A stretch of 64,000 nt of DNA from Podarcis tiliguerta (lineage: Eukaryota). A model generated the notes under the pieces. The model was not told where the DNA came from. It saw nothing but the letters and a program-made list of their open reading frames with translations, and made no database searches. A program made the translations under genes and the position numbers. Location: the NCBI GenBank assembly GCA_965153285.1, contig OZ229115.1; one strand, given 5' to 3'. This document shows, in pieces, positions 11,601 to 25,168 of the stretch. How positions within the stretch are numbered: position 1 is the first letter of the stretch; each line of letters starts with the position of its first letter.

Positions 11601-14600
11601 TTCTCTGTATTCTTCACATCCACCCTCGACACATGGGAGGCTTGAAGTCATTTCCCCGCGATAAGTGGAGTCTTGGAGGGGCAAATGCAAAGAGGGGAAG
11701 TCAGCAAACACTTTGCACACCCAGAATGCACCCCAACCATAATTGCAAGACAAGGGAGTCAGGCCTAGAGACAATCCTGCATCATGGCAACGTTTGACCC
11801 AGCAGTTCCAAGGGCTGCTCTTATGGGGGATGTTTGTCTTTTAGGGGAAGAGAATCTGGCACTTTTGAAGAGCTGTGGCACAATATGACCTTTAACAGAT
11901 GTTGCCTCTCCTCCATCAATTCTGAAATGAGAAACAGAATATGAACAGAGCCCCAGAGCATTCCAAGACTAGCAGTGAGATACATGTATTTATGCATATT
12001 TGTCCCAAGGTTTCTCTGCATGCTTGTTTACAGAAAAGTATGTGTGTAACTGTTACATACCTGCACATATACATGTGTATACATACATCTAAGTATGTGC
12101 AAATAACCTTGCAGGGTTTGTTTACAGAGGGGTAAGGTTGATGGCCTGAGCATTGCCAGCAACTTTCCCTTGGTGCCTTTTGGCTGAAGGCTAAACCAGC
12201 CCTGCCGCATGGGGTCTTTAATATGGGTGGCTACTCTTAACCAAACAGCCTTCTCCCTCCAGATACAGTCAAGCTGTTACTGCATAAATGCAGCTTCTGG
12301 AGGGGCAGTTCTGTTAATCTGTTGCAGCAAAACCAACAAAGTGCCTTGTGGCATCTTAAAGACTGAACCAATTTATTACGACACTATTATCCTCATTTGG
12401 TACTGTAAATACACCACACACTCACACTGTGCGTAGCAAAAAGAAGAAGAAAAAGGACAACCAGTGGAGTGGAATGGCAATAAAATGCAAAAAGTACATG
12501 CAAAGACTGAATTGAACTTAAATGGGGATGGGAAGAGCAGCAGCATGCACAACAGCAGTAAACTAGTAAAAATACAACCATCCTAGCATTGTTAATTAGC
12601 AAACTGTACTGGGACAGGAACCACTGAGTCTATTTATGCCCAAACGGATACAAGAAAACTTCTTAATAAGTTCTGATTCAGTCCTTTCAGCTGCTAACAT
12701 CTCTCTTTAACATTTCCATGTTGAAGAGAAGCAGCTTCCAGGTCAGCAGTGGAGTGTGTCGGAAGAATTAAGTGTTCATTCAGTGGATTCTGATAAAAAG
12801 ACAGGTATCTCACCATATCAGACCTGGGCTAGCAGCTCCAGCCCACTTGGATGATGGCGTATGTGTAATTTTATCTCAAAAAGTCCCCACAAAGACAATC
12901 TGAGGATTTTGGAGTAATAACAGGTTATTCCGCTCCTGGCTTTAGTGGCAAGTTTCAGGTTTTGGGTCTGTACCCACCTGAAGGAAGCTTCTTTCTTTGG
13001 CTTTGTAAGATGTGTGACACAATGGACAGCAGAGGCTCCTCAGTGCTTTTCCACTTAGACCAATAGGCCTTTCACCAGGGCACAGCAGGGAATCTGGGGC
13101 AGAGAGAGGAAGTGCTAGCACCCCCTCCCTTTCTCTCACCCGCGGAAGCAGGGAGTCCAGATGCTGTAAATCAAGCAACGAGTGCGTTCCCAGCTCCCCT
13201 CCCGCTCTGCCCCCCATTCCTTCTGCATTGATCGAGTCCTTGCCGGGCGCTTGCGGCCATTCATGTTCCCTGAGCATGGGCTCGGGACGAGATGTTCAGG
13301 CGGCAGCCACATGTGACCGCGTGGCACGTTCGCTGGCGCAGTTAATGGGGTTGCCAGCCTGGCTACACAGCACTTTGCAAGGAATTGGATACACAGCCTG
13401 GTAGCCTTCCCCATAAGGAGTCATAACGGTGCGGTAGCTGTGTCAGGCTGTTGCAGCAAAAACAGCAAGAATATTGCGGCATCTCAAAGACCTGTAGAAT
13501 AGAGTCCACTTTATCAGACGCATGAAGTGTTATCCTGCATTTGCTGTGGTGGTGGGGGTCTCCCTCTCAGTGCATGTATGTTTATCAGCTGTGTCTGCAT
13601 GCCACAATAATGCTGTTGGAAGCGGAGTTCTGATTTGTTACCATGAAATAAACCAAAAATGTAAAGCCAAGAACAAAAGTTGACTACTGTTCACAACTGC
13701 CCAGAAATAAATATACCACGAATACATTGTTTTTTTTACACTAAAGCTTTGTCAAATCGCTACACAAATTGGTGTGTATGGCCAACACACAAAACCTCTC
13801 ACTAATAATTAGTAAACTAAATAACAATGTGGTAAGATGACCTACTGTTGCTCGATTCTGGCACAGGTGAGAGAACTGAACTTTTCATACATTACAGTTC
13901 AGCAGTTTCACGCTCCCTCTGAAGTTCCTTTGCTCAAGAAGGTCAGTAACAGTGATCTGGGTGGTTGAAGTGTTCTCCCCCCCCCCCCCCCGGGGTGTGT
14001 GTGTCTGAATAGGGTGGCAGTTTATGATGTTCTAGTACTGTAACATGAAGCTCCAGGATATCACACAACACAACTGCCTCTATCCTTTATATTCTACTTG
14101 TGCCAGCTTGACATTAAAGAATGACTCTACACCATTAGGCTGTGAAGAAAAATGATCATAGTTCGTCCTACCAGTTCAGCTGTCCTAGCTGGTACACAGT
14201 TTTCCATGGCCAAAGGAGCAGCATCTCAAGAGTAAGGGCAGCACTATAGTTGGCTGCAGGTCAGATCCTCCATGGCTGACTCCTTAAAGCATGCTGCTCA
14301 CTCTGAGTAGCCTAATCCAACTTGAATTGCAAAGCGAACGCTAATGAGGCTTCTGTTCTGCTTAATTAATGGGAGCTCAGTTCACTTTGGCCACGTGGTG
14401 GTCTGTTGGGCAGAGAACTCCCAACAGGAACTCAAAGAGAAGGCTGGAGTGAAACTCATGGAAGTAGCCCATTGACTTGGGCAACTCCCAGCATACACTG
14501 CTGCTTCTTAGCATGTTAGGATCAAGCCACTCTTTGCAAACTTTGGACCAGTTCATTTCACCTCCCTGAGGAGGAAATGCAGGGAATTGGTCCTCCACTG

Positions 14601-16109
14601 CTTCTGTTACTACTTCTTAGGGGGAGGTGAGTACCGAGGCTAATCCTCCGTTACCATTGCCTTTCTGTCAGCTACTGCAAGAAGCTACCAACCCTGCCAT
14701 TTTTGGGCAGCCAAGACAAGAAGTGGCTATAGCAGGGCAGGAATGGGCCACACATTTCCTTATTAGAGGAAGACATGTGAATTAGCTCCCACAGTGGGTC
14801 AGAAATGAAATCAGTTGACTTTTCATGAAGGACAACTGTCTTGGCAAGAAAACAGGTATTTGGCGGGTCGGGCCAAATCATGTATTGGTGGCAGCAATTT
14901 TACCTGTTGCATACAGACAGAATGTTTCACTGCTTGGGAAGATTTATAATGATATCCTCCAAGAACAAGGGCTGATTTAAATCAGTGCTTTAAATAAAGT
15001 TTCCAGCTTTCTAATTCATGTATTTACTCAGCAAGTATATATACTAAACAGATGAAAGTCAATGAAATTCTATATATTTTATACTAAATTCTGCCTCAGT
15101 TTTATACTACTACCTAGGAGCATATATGGTCATGCAGCTTTCAATAGTGAAGTTAATTATTCTGTTTGACATTCTTTCTATACATATGTGTAAAGTCACT
15201 TACATGAATACTTTTATACAGAACTTTCCAGAAACAAGGGCTGGCAGTTACTGTATAGAAGAGCACTGTTTCTCCATGGTTATTTTATTTTGTTTTTTAA
15301 CATTATTTTGTTTTTCCCCATTTTGCCAGCAGGACTCCCCTGTAACAGGCTCTTGTCACATTGCCAGGGCATGCAGCAATACAGCCTGCTCACGCACTCC
15401 CATCCAAGGCCTGCCAAGTCTCCTCAGGAAGCATCCAGCAGCTCATTCATCCTCCAGATCCAAGGAAATAAGAACCTCCTGGAGGGGGGCAGAATAGGAG
15501 AAGAACCATGCATGGGACCCTGGGGAAGAATGAGTTGCTGGGTATTCCTAGGGGCAGCAAGAGGTTAACCCAATAGGGGAAGGAACAGCTACACCAGCTT
15601 CTAGGGGGAAAGTTCCACACACCTTTCTATACTTGTGGAGGAAGATTCCATTTGTTGGCTTGGATCAGACATAAGAAAGTGATTCATAAATTAAAAAATA
15701 GCAGCTAGAACAACAACCCTGGTCCAACAAACCAAAGAATAAGCTATGAGAACACAGACTCCTGCCTCTTCCCTTTTTTCTTCCTTAATTCAACATTTCC
15801 TTGTTTCCTGAATGAGTTTCCAACAATATATGAACTAGGAAATGATCATTTGAGTGATCCCTATCAAGCGGGATAACAAACCATGGACTGCTATCCTGGT
15901 TTGTAGGGATCATTCAAACCGCAGTTTCTCAGTTTGGACATCATGGTTCAGATGCCACCAGTTTAATAACTTAAGTAGTACTGAATTAAAGTCCATAAGT
16001 GGGATAAAAATGAAAAGTCTAAAACAAGCTGGTAGGCAGACACACACACTTTCATTATCAGTTTATGATTCCAAGCTTCTGTTCTGGCTTTGTACTTGGC
16101 AGTTCTAGA

Positions 16110-16800
16110 GTGGTATCTGTCTTAGTCTATTGCAACAACAACAAAAGGGTCTTGTGGCATCTTAAAGGACAACAAATTAATAAAGAGAATTACAGCATAA
16201 ACGTTTGTGGACTACAGTTGATTTCATCAAGTACATAAAGTTGCAAGTATATCTTCACATGGTTATTGGGGGGGGGGTTGAAGAATTGCAAATGCTGATG
16301 CCAGAGGTAGTAATAAATTGTGTAATTAACAGTGGTAATTTACAAAACAGTTGTTGCTGATAATGCAGAAACCGTGACATTTGTAAGCTAGGTAGCACGC
16401 AGAGTGTGATAAACAAATAAACAATGTCCCAAATTTCCAATTCAGTCAACAAATTATAGCACTGAACCTCTTGATGAATTCAGTGGTTTCACACTGCAAT
16501 TTCTCTTTAAAGCTCTGTGATGTCCTTGGTTTCAGTATGCATGCACAGGGGCCTCCTGTACTGACATGGTGCAGCTATTTCATCACACTACATTGGTGCA
16601 AGATGCCTTTGTGCAGGTATAAATGTATGACAAAGTTCATCTTACGTGCCAGACAATCGTGATGAAAGCTATCAAGTTCTTGGTCTGCTGTGGAAGCACA
16701 GGTTTCTACCAAATTCTCCCTCTGGCAGAATTGTGAGCCCTCCTTAAATGCTGTTTCTTAAGTCTGGATTTCCTCCCCACACATAGGCAGTGCACTAGAA
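16110..16800 (-). mobile_element. Degenerate Penelope-like element; terminal-motif remnants also at ~12300-12375, ~13433-13530, ~47050-47260
   Basis: Recurrent motif (g)tcttgtggcatcttaaagac next to an eroded ctgatgaagtgg...ccacgaaa segment, typical of sauropsid Penelope termini (recalled). Confidence 0.6.
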
Positions 16801-17323
16801 GTGGGTGCAAACAGTCACCATTCTCCAGACATTTAGCTTGCCTCTCTCCCATTACTGAAATGTTGTGGTTACTTGAGGGGGGAAATGCATTTTTAAATGT
16901 TCACCTCCCCAGGAAGGCTCTTTATCCCTGGTGTGCTCCTGAATATAGATTCTTCCTGGTGCCACTATCCCCATATGAGTGCGGTACTATACCTTTCCTC
17001 ACTATTTGTGACTATTGCGGCGGAAATACCAATGCCTCAATGGACAAAAGCAAATGCTGCAAATGTTTTCATATTCGGCCGGAGCCATGTTGGAACTGAT
17101 CCTGAGCAATAGTTTGAGGTGGCAGAACTAGGAGAGCCATTTACCCTGAATCTCCATGGATGCCATTAACCTGCTTCTCTCCCTTCTAACTCTAACAAAG
17201 CACAAAAGGGGAAAGTACCACAAACTTCACTTTTTACTTACAATGCTGGTGAATTCAAGAAAAAGCATCTATATTCACATATATGCATGATTTTGCATCC
17301 TCCTGCCTGCACCCATCAAGTCA

Positions 17324-17549
17324 GGACTCATTCACACTTCCACATGCCCTACTGCTTGCCCTCGGGGAAACCCAATCTTTACTGCTGAATTGGAGCAAAC
17401 GTCAGTTGGGTTTTTGTCCAGATTGACATTTGCTCTGATTTAGCACTAAACAGCAGGCTTTCAGGAAGTTGTGGGGCATAGGCAAAACCACTCAGACCCA
17501 TGTTTTCCAGGCTTGGGGCAAGCGGAAGTGCGGAAGTGTAGACGAGCCC
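17324..17549. mobile_element. PIF/Harbinger-like MITE, 226 bp
   Basis: Imperfect TIRs GGACTCATTCACACTTCC / GGAAGTGTAGACGAGCCC; 3-bp TSD TCA. Confidence 0.6.
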
Positions 17550-20500
17550 TCAGTTGCATAGCAAATGTGGTACAAATACATACTGAATTTGACCCAAGTG
17601 ATGACACAGATCAGAGAGTCACCCATGGTTTCTCCTAGAGACACAGCAGGATTTCATAGGCATGAGAAGGGGAAGGAAGTTCTTATACCACCTCATGCTC
17701 ATCCATCAGGACTCCCTGGCAAGAGCTACCTTTCTTATGCTAATTCACCTGTTGGCTCAACTGGTGGGCCTCATGGCTGAGCTTGTAAGGCCACTGGGCT
17801 GCTTCCAGAAGGAGGCTTCAATCAGGCAACAGGATTTATGCTAGAGAAGCTCCTGTCAGCTGCACAGCCCCTTCCGGCAAGTGGTTCCCAAGGGACATGC
17901 TGCCCTTGCGGTGGTGAAGGAAGAGAAGCAGGTCTGGGCTAGAAGCCAGGTGGCAAGGAAGGCTTAGCTAGGAGCCAAGGGAAATCCCTCTTTTGATCCC
18001 AGCTCACTCATTGCTTGAGTCAACTGGAGCCTCACCTGACCCCCACTCATTACCCCACAAAGCCTCCAACTCCGGGGCAGTGCAGGCAAGAAGACAACTA
18101 GCTGCTCAGCTTATATCAACAGCAAGAAGCCTAGAGCATGCTGGAGTCAAACTGTTCACAACATGATGCCCTCAGTACCAAAGGGAACAGGGAAGATCAT
18201 TTTGGAGTGCCAGTGGGTAGATACTGGGCACAGAATGTTCATCCTAGGCTAGGAGCTGCATAACGTGTGTGTTTCTAAATATTCTAGTGGAAGTCAGGAG
18301 GAAAAGAGAAAGCAGCAGATATTACCAGAAAAGCTTTTCCCAATTCCCCCAGCCTTACTGGTCAAAGGGCTCCCATGATCACCTTCACATACTGCACCTT
18401 TATTGCACTGAATCAGTGTTGTACTCAATATACAATGGGACAGAGGGGAGATGACCTTTCTTAACTTGTTGAGGGTTCTATGCTTCAGTCTGAAGCCCAA
18501 ACATTTTAGTAAAAGTCACATGGGACACCCAGCAGAGGTGCTGCTACCCAGGTGTGTTCTGAAGGCACAGGAGATCACCACTTGGCTGATGCTAAACAGG
18601 TTTGTGGCTGGATTGCCTGAGAACTACACGCATGCCTCCTTGCATCCCAAGATAGAAGAAAGGAGGGATATACCGTAAGTATAATAAAATAACATAACAT
18701 AATAGATGCTATTCACACAATATGTGAAAGTATATTTAATTGGAGGGAGATGCCTGAATCCGGAGATGTTGAAAGAGTGGATTATGAAGCCAGTGAGAAG
18801 TTAACATTAAGAATAGTGAATCCAAGCATCAAATTAAATATTATTCAGTGTTTGATAGACAGGGCTGATATTTTCTTTTCTTTGCCTTCTTTTGCTACAA
18901 CCTTTAGACTGCATTCACTATCATTCTATAGATTTTCTCCTTCTCCAACACATATCAAGTATGAGCACTGGGGGGGGGGGGGTCTCATTTCATTTGCCCC
19001 CAAACTTGAATCCTTTTGGCGTAGGGAGCAGCACTTCCAAAATGGTGCTAGGCAATAAATTGTGGGTATGGAAGAGACAAGCTGCTTTCCCAGGTGGGAT
19101 GTTTTCTCCACCTCATCCTTCTCTGGAATTGCTATAGGGTGGTGGCACTTTGGAAAAAAGATTACATAGATCAATCAGCCTTCCTCAGCTTGCTATCCTC
19201 CAGATGTGTGGGACTATAACTCCCATAAGCCTCAGCTAGAATGGCCCATGGTCAGGAGAGTGGGCATTATTGTCTACTAACATCCAGAGGCCCACAGATT
19301 GGGGAAGGTTGTCCTAGATGGATGACAAAAAAAAAATTTTGCTTGCCATGTGTATCCTTGGTGCCATCTTGGAGGCACTTTCCCACCTGCCAGTACAGGG
19401 GCTAGAGCTCTTAAAGTTAGAGTCCAGGGCCAGCATATTTTGGAGAAAATATGCCACCCCTAAATTGCTCTTCAAATTCACTCCCTGTGATGAGGCTTTC
19501 AGCTTGCCTCAAGATTGATTCTTGTCACTCTGGTGCTTCTCTGTAAGCTTACCTCAACACTATTCTATATATTTCCTCCATACATTATTTGCTTATATTA
19601 CCACCCTCTTAATTCAAAATACTGTATGGTTTAATGGATGTTGAACTAAAGGGAGCCTGCTGAATGGACAGAGGCAGCAAATCAAAGGCTTGTGTCAAAA
19701 GTAGCACTGTCCAGCATGCCAAGAATAGCCAAAACAGGTAGAAAAGAATAAGGAACTGAGGTTGTGCACCCAAAAATAAGACGTATGCCACCACAAGTTC
19801 TATATACACACACAGCTCTACAAGGTGACATTGAATTGCATTTGGCCCAGCGCAATTCAAACATAGTTTTGAGCTGGGAGCAGGATGAATTCATTATGCA
19901 ACCCATGACCCCAAAGCAGCTACAGAACCACCTGTGTGATCTGTAGCAAGTTCATCAAATCAAAAATCTCACTTTGGGTAAACCTTTGAAAGGAAATGTT
20001 GCTCCACGCTGCAAAAGAAGTCACCAATTGTGATGTCCCTCCCTCCCTTCATGTACTGATGAGCAAACTTCTTTTTAATCACGGAAATTATTTGTCTGCT
20101 TCACTGACTATAACAACGGTTTGGACTCCATCTGGCACCCAGGCTGAACCTTAAATTGCTACAGAAAGCAACTGAGGGTAAAACATATGACCTGATTAAA
20201 TCTATGCATCAACCCATCAAATGCAGGATAAAAATAAATAGGCAAACTGAGGTTTTAAAAGAGGCATAAAGGAGTGAGCCGGGGACGCAGCACTCAACTC
20301 TCCTCACTCCAAGCCATACACAAGCTGCAACCACAATCCATCTGGCCTCAGACTTCCTTTAAATGGGATAGATCAGCTCTGGTAGCTATCACCTTCAGTG
20401 CGACAGCAAGGAAATCGACTGCAGTATCAGAGCCCCACAAGTCAGGTTAGAAGATAACACATACTGTGACCATCCAGGATTTTGGGTAGGTGGGATTAAC

Positions 20501-22221
20501 TTAGTCAAGGTTTAGCCCATGTACAGGCAATTTGTGGCTCTCCAGATGCTGGACTACAACTCCCATCAACCCCAGACAACATGTCCAATGGTCAGGGATG
20601 AGTTGCAGTGCAGCAATTATTTGGAGGGCCCAGTGGCAAATCTTAATTTTTAGGGTCCTGAAGTTTGAATTGTTATGGGAGCCCCTTTGCAACCAGCAAT
20701 TAGGTCTGGATAACCACTGTTATCTTCTTCAGTTGGGTTGTTTACAATCTTTACAACATCCGTGCTACTGACTCTCAAAACTCTGAGAAATATATACAAA
20801 AACAAACAAATAATCAATTTGAGCCATGCAACTCAAATTGAGTCTACTAGACCCATTTTTTTTTTTAAAGCAATGTGGATGAAAGTTGCTTCTGGGACCC
20901 CTCTGGGATTAAGGGCCCTGAAGTTTAAACTTCATTAGTTTCGTAGCAGATACACTCCTGGGTTCCCCATCCCTGGTTTAGGCTCTTGCCTTCGGAAGGG
21001 TGCAGCCAAGACTGATTCACAGAAAAGTAGCAACGGAAACTCAAAAGTCTTTGCCGAAGGGAGAGGAGGGGGTATCCTAATCACGATGGCTCTGGTTGTG
21101 ATGCAAGCAATACATTTACTTGCAGGTGTTGAGATTTGGTGAAGTTGGTGTTCCATTTTTTAGAGACAGTTCCTAGATAACATTCCTAAAAAGGTGAAAC
21201 CTGTTCCAAGGTGCTATGGGGAAAAACCAGTAATAGGTCCCACCCCCAATAATCTTAATTAATGAGTTGGTTTTTCTTTTGTACTTGTAGTCATTCTGAT
21301 ACTTCATTTAAAGTTTCATGGTATATTTCTTGGTACATCCAAAACTAAGGGAACTGAACGTGATTTTCATTTTTTTAAGTCATTCTTGCTGGCAGTGGGA
21401 CTTCTTCTAGAAGTGCAGAAATGATGTGTTCCCCTTACTGCAAATCAAGTTGCAGAACTTACAAATTGCAGCTGGCTTCCAGTATTTGAAGTTTCTTGCT
21501 AGTATTGATCTCTCTTGTGAAAATGATAGTATAACCAAGTCAGTATTAATACATTTTTTAAAAGGTTCAATTTCCTCTCTTTTAAATTTACTGCTGACAA
21601 ATCACCAAAAATATGACTATTCAACCCTATACTATACTTTGTGTTGAAAGCCATGCATATAAAGGTATTGTTTGCTTGTGGCTGATGCAAGACATTTCGC
21701 TGCCTTTGGCAAAAGACAAAATGGCGTCTCACCATTCCATGTACAGAAGCCAACTAGACTAGCATTTAAATCTTATTTCAATACTAGCAATGGTATAGTG
21801 TCCACCATACCTGAGGGAAGCAGACTACTTCTGTGGTTGCAGGATAGGTCACAAGGCAGCATTGTCCTCAACAAAATGGTATGGTCCGGGAACTCACTAG
21901 GAGGAATACCCAAGGGGCTGCTGTCATTGCACCCCAGCACCTGGTAAATTATATAGTCTCCTCACTCTGTCTAATGGTAGGGCCGGCCTTGTTGATGCCT
22001 TTTCTTCTTGCTTTTAGTTGTTTTCACTTTTAAAAAGTTACTGAGAGCATGGATCCTGCAATCTGTTTCAGGAATGCCTCTGTTCAAAGGCTCAGATAAA
22101 TTCCTTGTCCAAACCCCTGACCACAGACACTGTCCCAGCAGAGCAATCAGTGCATCAGTGTTTGAAGCTTCCCCTTTACTCCACACAGAGCATCAAAAGT
22201 TCTGGACTGGTGTTACTAAGA

Positions 22222-22631
22222 AAAGTGAGGGGAAACTTCTTGGCTCCATGGGCCAGATCCTTAGCAGGATCTGATCTAGCCTCACAGGCCAAATTTGACA
22301 GGTGGGTGAGGCTCCCTACCTGTCAATCACCTGACTGCACAAGGGAATCGGTGCTTTGAAGTCTCAAAGCTATGACTTCAAAGCACCACATGCAGCCAAT
22401 CCAGCAGGCTTCCGATCCACAAATTGGTGATGGGCAAGCCTGTTTTCCCTTGCTAATTCACAACAAGGAGTGCACTTCAAGGTTCCTGATTGTGCATTGG
22501 CAGCTGCATCTTACCTGCCCCGCACCTAACATCATATATGACATCAGGTGTGGGGCAGCTGGGGTGGCTGGCCATATTTGAACCTCTGGTGAGCCAAGTT
22601 TGGTCCGTGGGCCAGAGGTTCCCCACCCCTG
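22222..22631. mobile_element. Degenerate non-autonomous hAT element
   Basis: Right end AGGTTCCCCACCCCTG with gggcc subterminal motifs; eroded left end; possible TSD TACTAAGA/TGCTAAGG. Confidence 0.55.
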
Positions 22632-23462
22632 TGCTAAGGTGTGCAGGAAGTGGAGTTACCAATAGCTACATGGCCTTTACAGCCCCTCATGCAGTAAATA
22701 ATGTTCTCTGGCTCTCTCTAGAGGCCACAGGGAAACACAGCAGCTCCCCACACTTCCAGCTGGCAAATATAATTTAATGTATATAAGCTGTGAGGGTACA
22801 ATGGTGACCCCAAAGGTGTAGGGCCTGAGCAGTGCTGGAAAGCATTTCCTGTTACCGGACAACACACAGCATAAGGTGACGGAAGGGAGCACTACAAGAA
22901 AGCAAGGGCTAGAGCCCTCAAGAAGAAAAAGGCCACCTTACTGAAGTCCACAGCGGGGGGGATAATGCACATGTGCAGCCACAAAAGTTTATTCACTCAC
23001 ACCTATAACCATAACCAACCTTAAATGCAGACTTTCTGGCTTCATAAAGCGGATGGAACTGCAGCCAAGCAGCAGCCCCTCCTTCCTGCACTCCTGTATG
23101 TTTATGGACTGGAGCCCCCAAACTGTTTTATGCATCTCCACCCTCATGAGAAACAGCCTGGCAGTGATGCCTGAGCCACATTGAGCCTGGCAATTCCTCA
23201 CCTCTTTGCGCTGTCTCCCCGGGAGCCAGCACAAAGAGGCTTTGAGAGAGTGTGGTTACCAGCTTTCATTGAGTCTCCGGCATTAACTTCTCCCCTTTAC
23301 CCCCTTTTAAAACTTGCTGTGGCAGCCGCAGCAACAGGACCCCCTCGCTTCTTTGTGGAACTCGAACACTCACACACTCACACGAATCCTTCCTCCCCCA
23401 TTGGAAAACGGCTCCCTCCCCTCCCCCTCACTTTAGGGCTTTAGGGAAGATTCCCCACTGAC

Positions 23463-23498
23463 CTGCTCTTGGGGGCAGGGAACCCCTTGGCTGCTCAT
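23463..23498 (-). CDS. SLC6A9: Probable GlyT1b-type alternative first coding exon (MSSQGVPCPQEQ)
   Basis: ATG plus 11 codons ending CAG|GTCAGT (phase 0, in frame with NGAVP). The C-terminal PQEQ resembles mammalian GlyT1b MAAAHGPVAPSSPEQ (recalled). Locally GC/CpG-rich with a TATA-like box upstream. Confidence 0.72.
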
Positions 23499-23639
23499 TC
23501 CCGGTATCCTGGGGCGTTGCTAGAGCTGTGGCTGTTTGCTGCCTCCTTCACATCCAGCCCCGCTGCTACTGGGGCGATAATGTGCTTGCCTCTCCCTCAT
23601 GAACTTGGCATTACTCTCAGCTCAGTTCTCCCAGCACCA

Positions 23640-23700
23640 TGCTGCCCCCGCCTGCCCAGTGCCCAGCACCGCGCTGCCCAGCACCCGCCAACATTCTATA
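23640..23700 (-). promoter_or_regulatory. Putative internal (GlyT1b-type) promoter
   Basis: TATAGAA on the minus strand at 23700-23694, followed by a GC-rich tract, ~200 nt upstream of the candidate ATG. Confidence 0.5.
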
Positions 23701-24472
23701 CCCAGCCACATGGCTCCCCTCTACTGCTGCAATCTCTCCTTCTCTCTCACACACACACAGAGGAGCCCACACTCCCAGAAGGACCTAGGACCACCTCTGC
23801 TATTAAGGCTGTATACAACCTACCAGCACCAAATCCTGGGAACCATAGTTTATCTAGCCACAGAGCTGCGATTCCCAGCACCTTTAATGAGCTACTTTTA
23901 ATGTATGGTGCACATGCAGCCTAGTCTCCACTCTCATTGACAAAAGGTGGCTCCTCCTAAGAAGTGATAACCTACAGTTCACAGGGGAAGCTTATCGTGT
24001 TATCTGGGAGATCTGCGGTCGGATCTTCCAGTGCTTTGGTTTTCATTAAAGATTGGGTCAGGGCAGAACTGCTGTGAAAAGCAGCATGCAACTCCTCTCG
24101 CTCAAAGCATTTCCCCTGAGGCTATTTGTACCACTGCAGAAAGTGTACTTGGTAAATGATGAACAAACGTGAATGAGGTAAAGACTCAGAGGGAACGAAG
24201 AAAGAGCGTGGAATCCCAGCAAATTCCACATGCTTTCAGGCTACAAACAAATGAAGCTGGAGGTTGCAAGGCAGTGTCAGGATATATTTGGCCAGCATGA
24301 CTAAACCAAGCAAAATGAGCCTGGAGGTCTATCCCTGTCGTACAGCCCATATCCATTTGCTTTCCAAGGGTCCTATGTGGAATTGCTCTTGAGAGGCGTG
24401 GATGTACTTCATCTTCCAAGTGTGGCTCATTCCTTCCCAGCATTCAGTATTCATATCCCACTGAACCAGGAC

Positions 24473-25168
24473 CTAGGAAGCTGCCATATATCAAAGCCAG
24501 GCCATTGGTCTATCTAGCTGCGTAGTGTCTACATTCAACTAGCAACAACTCTTTAAGGTTTCAGCCAGAACACTTTTCCATCTCTACCTTCAGGTAGAGA
24601 TGCAGCAAACAGCTCCAGGGCAGGGATCTGGCTTACCTGAAGCTGAGACTTGCATGCACAGCAACATGGAAAGCTACTGTATATCATTTAGCAACATCTG
24701 GATAGCTCAATTGTTAGAGCATGGTGCTGACAATGCCAAGGCTGCAGGTTTGATCCCTGTTTGGGACAGCTGCATATTCCTCCATTGCAGGAGGTTGGAC
24801 TACAGGACCCCTGGATGGTTAAGTCCAGTCAAAGGCAACTATGGCTCATCTTGCTTTCAGGCTGAGGGAGCCGCCGTTTGTCCACAGACGGTTTTCCAGG
24901 TCATGTGGCCAGCATGACTAAACCGCTTCTGAAGCAATGAAACACAGTGACATAAGCCAGAGCGCATGGAAACACCATTTACCTTCCTGCTGCAGGAGTA
25001 CCTGTTTATTTACTTGCGATGATCCTTAGGGTCCTTTGCAACTCTACAATTCTATGATCAAGTCAGACCCTTGGCCCACCTAGATCCCCCCTTCCTTTCC
25101 CAGGGATTGAACCTGTGACCTTCTGCATGCAAAGCAAATGTTCTACCACTGAGCTACAGCTCCTTCCC
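24473..25168. mobile_element. SINE cluster: Squam3-like SINE (-, ~24473-24680), tRNA-head/CR1-tail SINE (+, 24701-25059) interrupted by a Sauria SINE fragment (-, 24803-25017), and a tRNA-derived SINE head (-, ~25098-25168)
   Basis: A/B-box-like heads; CR1-type tail ggttggacta|gatgatccttagggtcc...attctatga split by the Sauria core. Confidence 0.75.

Noticed and set aside
21099-21691. Additional TGATGCAAG motifs (21099, 21683; also 3936)
   Set aside because: About two such 8-mers are expected by chance in 64 kb and they have no promoter-like context.
6786-23462. Search for an orthologue of the mammalian GlyT1c 54-aa cassette exon
   Set aside because: No segment with recognisable similarity was found by eye; the 13140 candidate has an upstream in-frame stop and no good acceptor, so it fits a first exon better.
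24701-24775. tRNA-like sequence (also ~25098-25168)
   Set aside because: Degenerate stems and direct continuity with SINE bodies or clusters show SINE heads, not functional tRNA genes.
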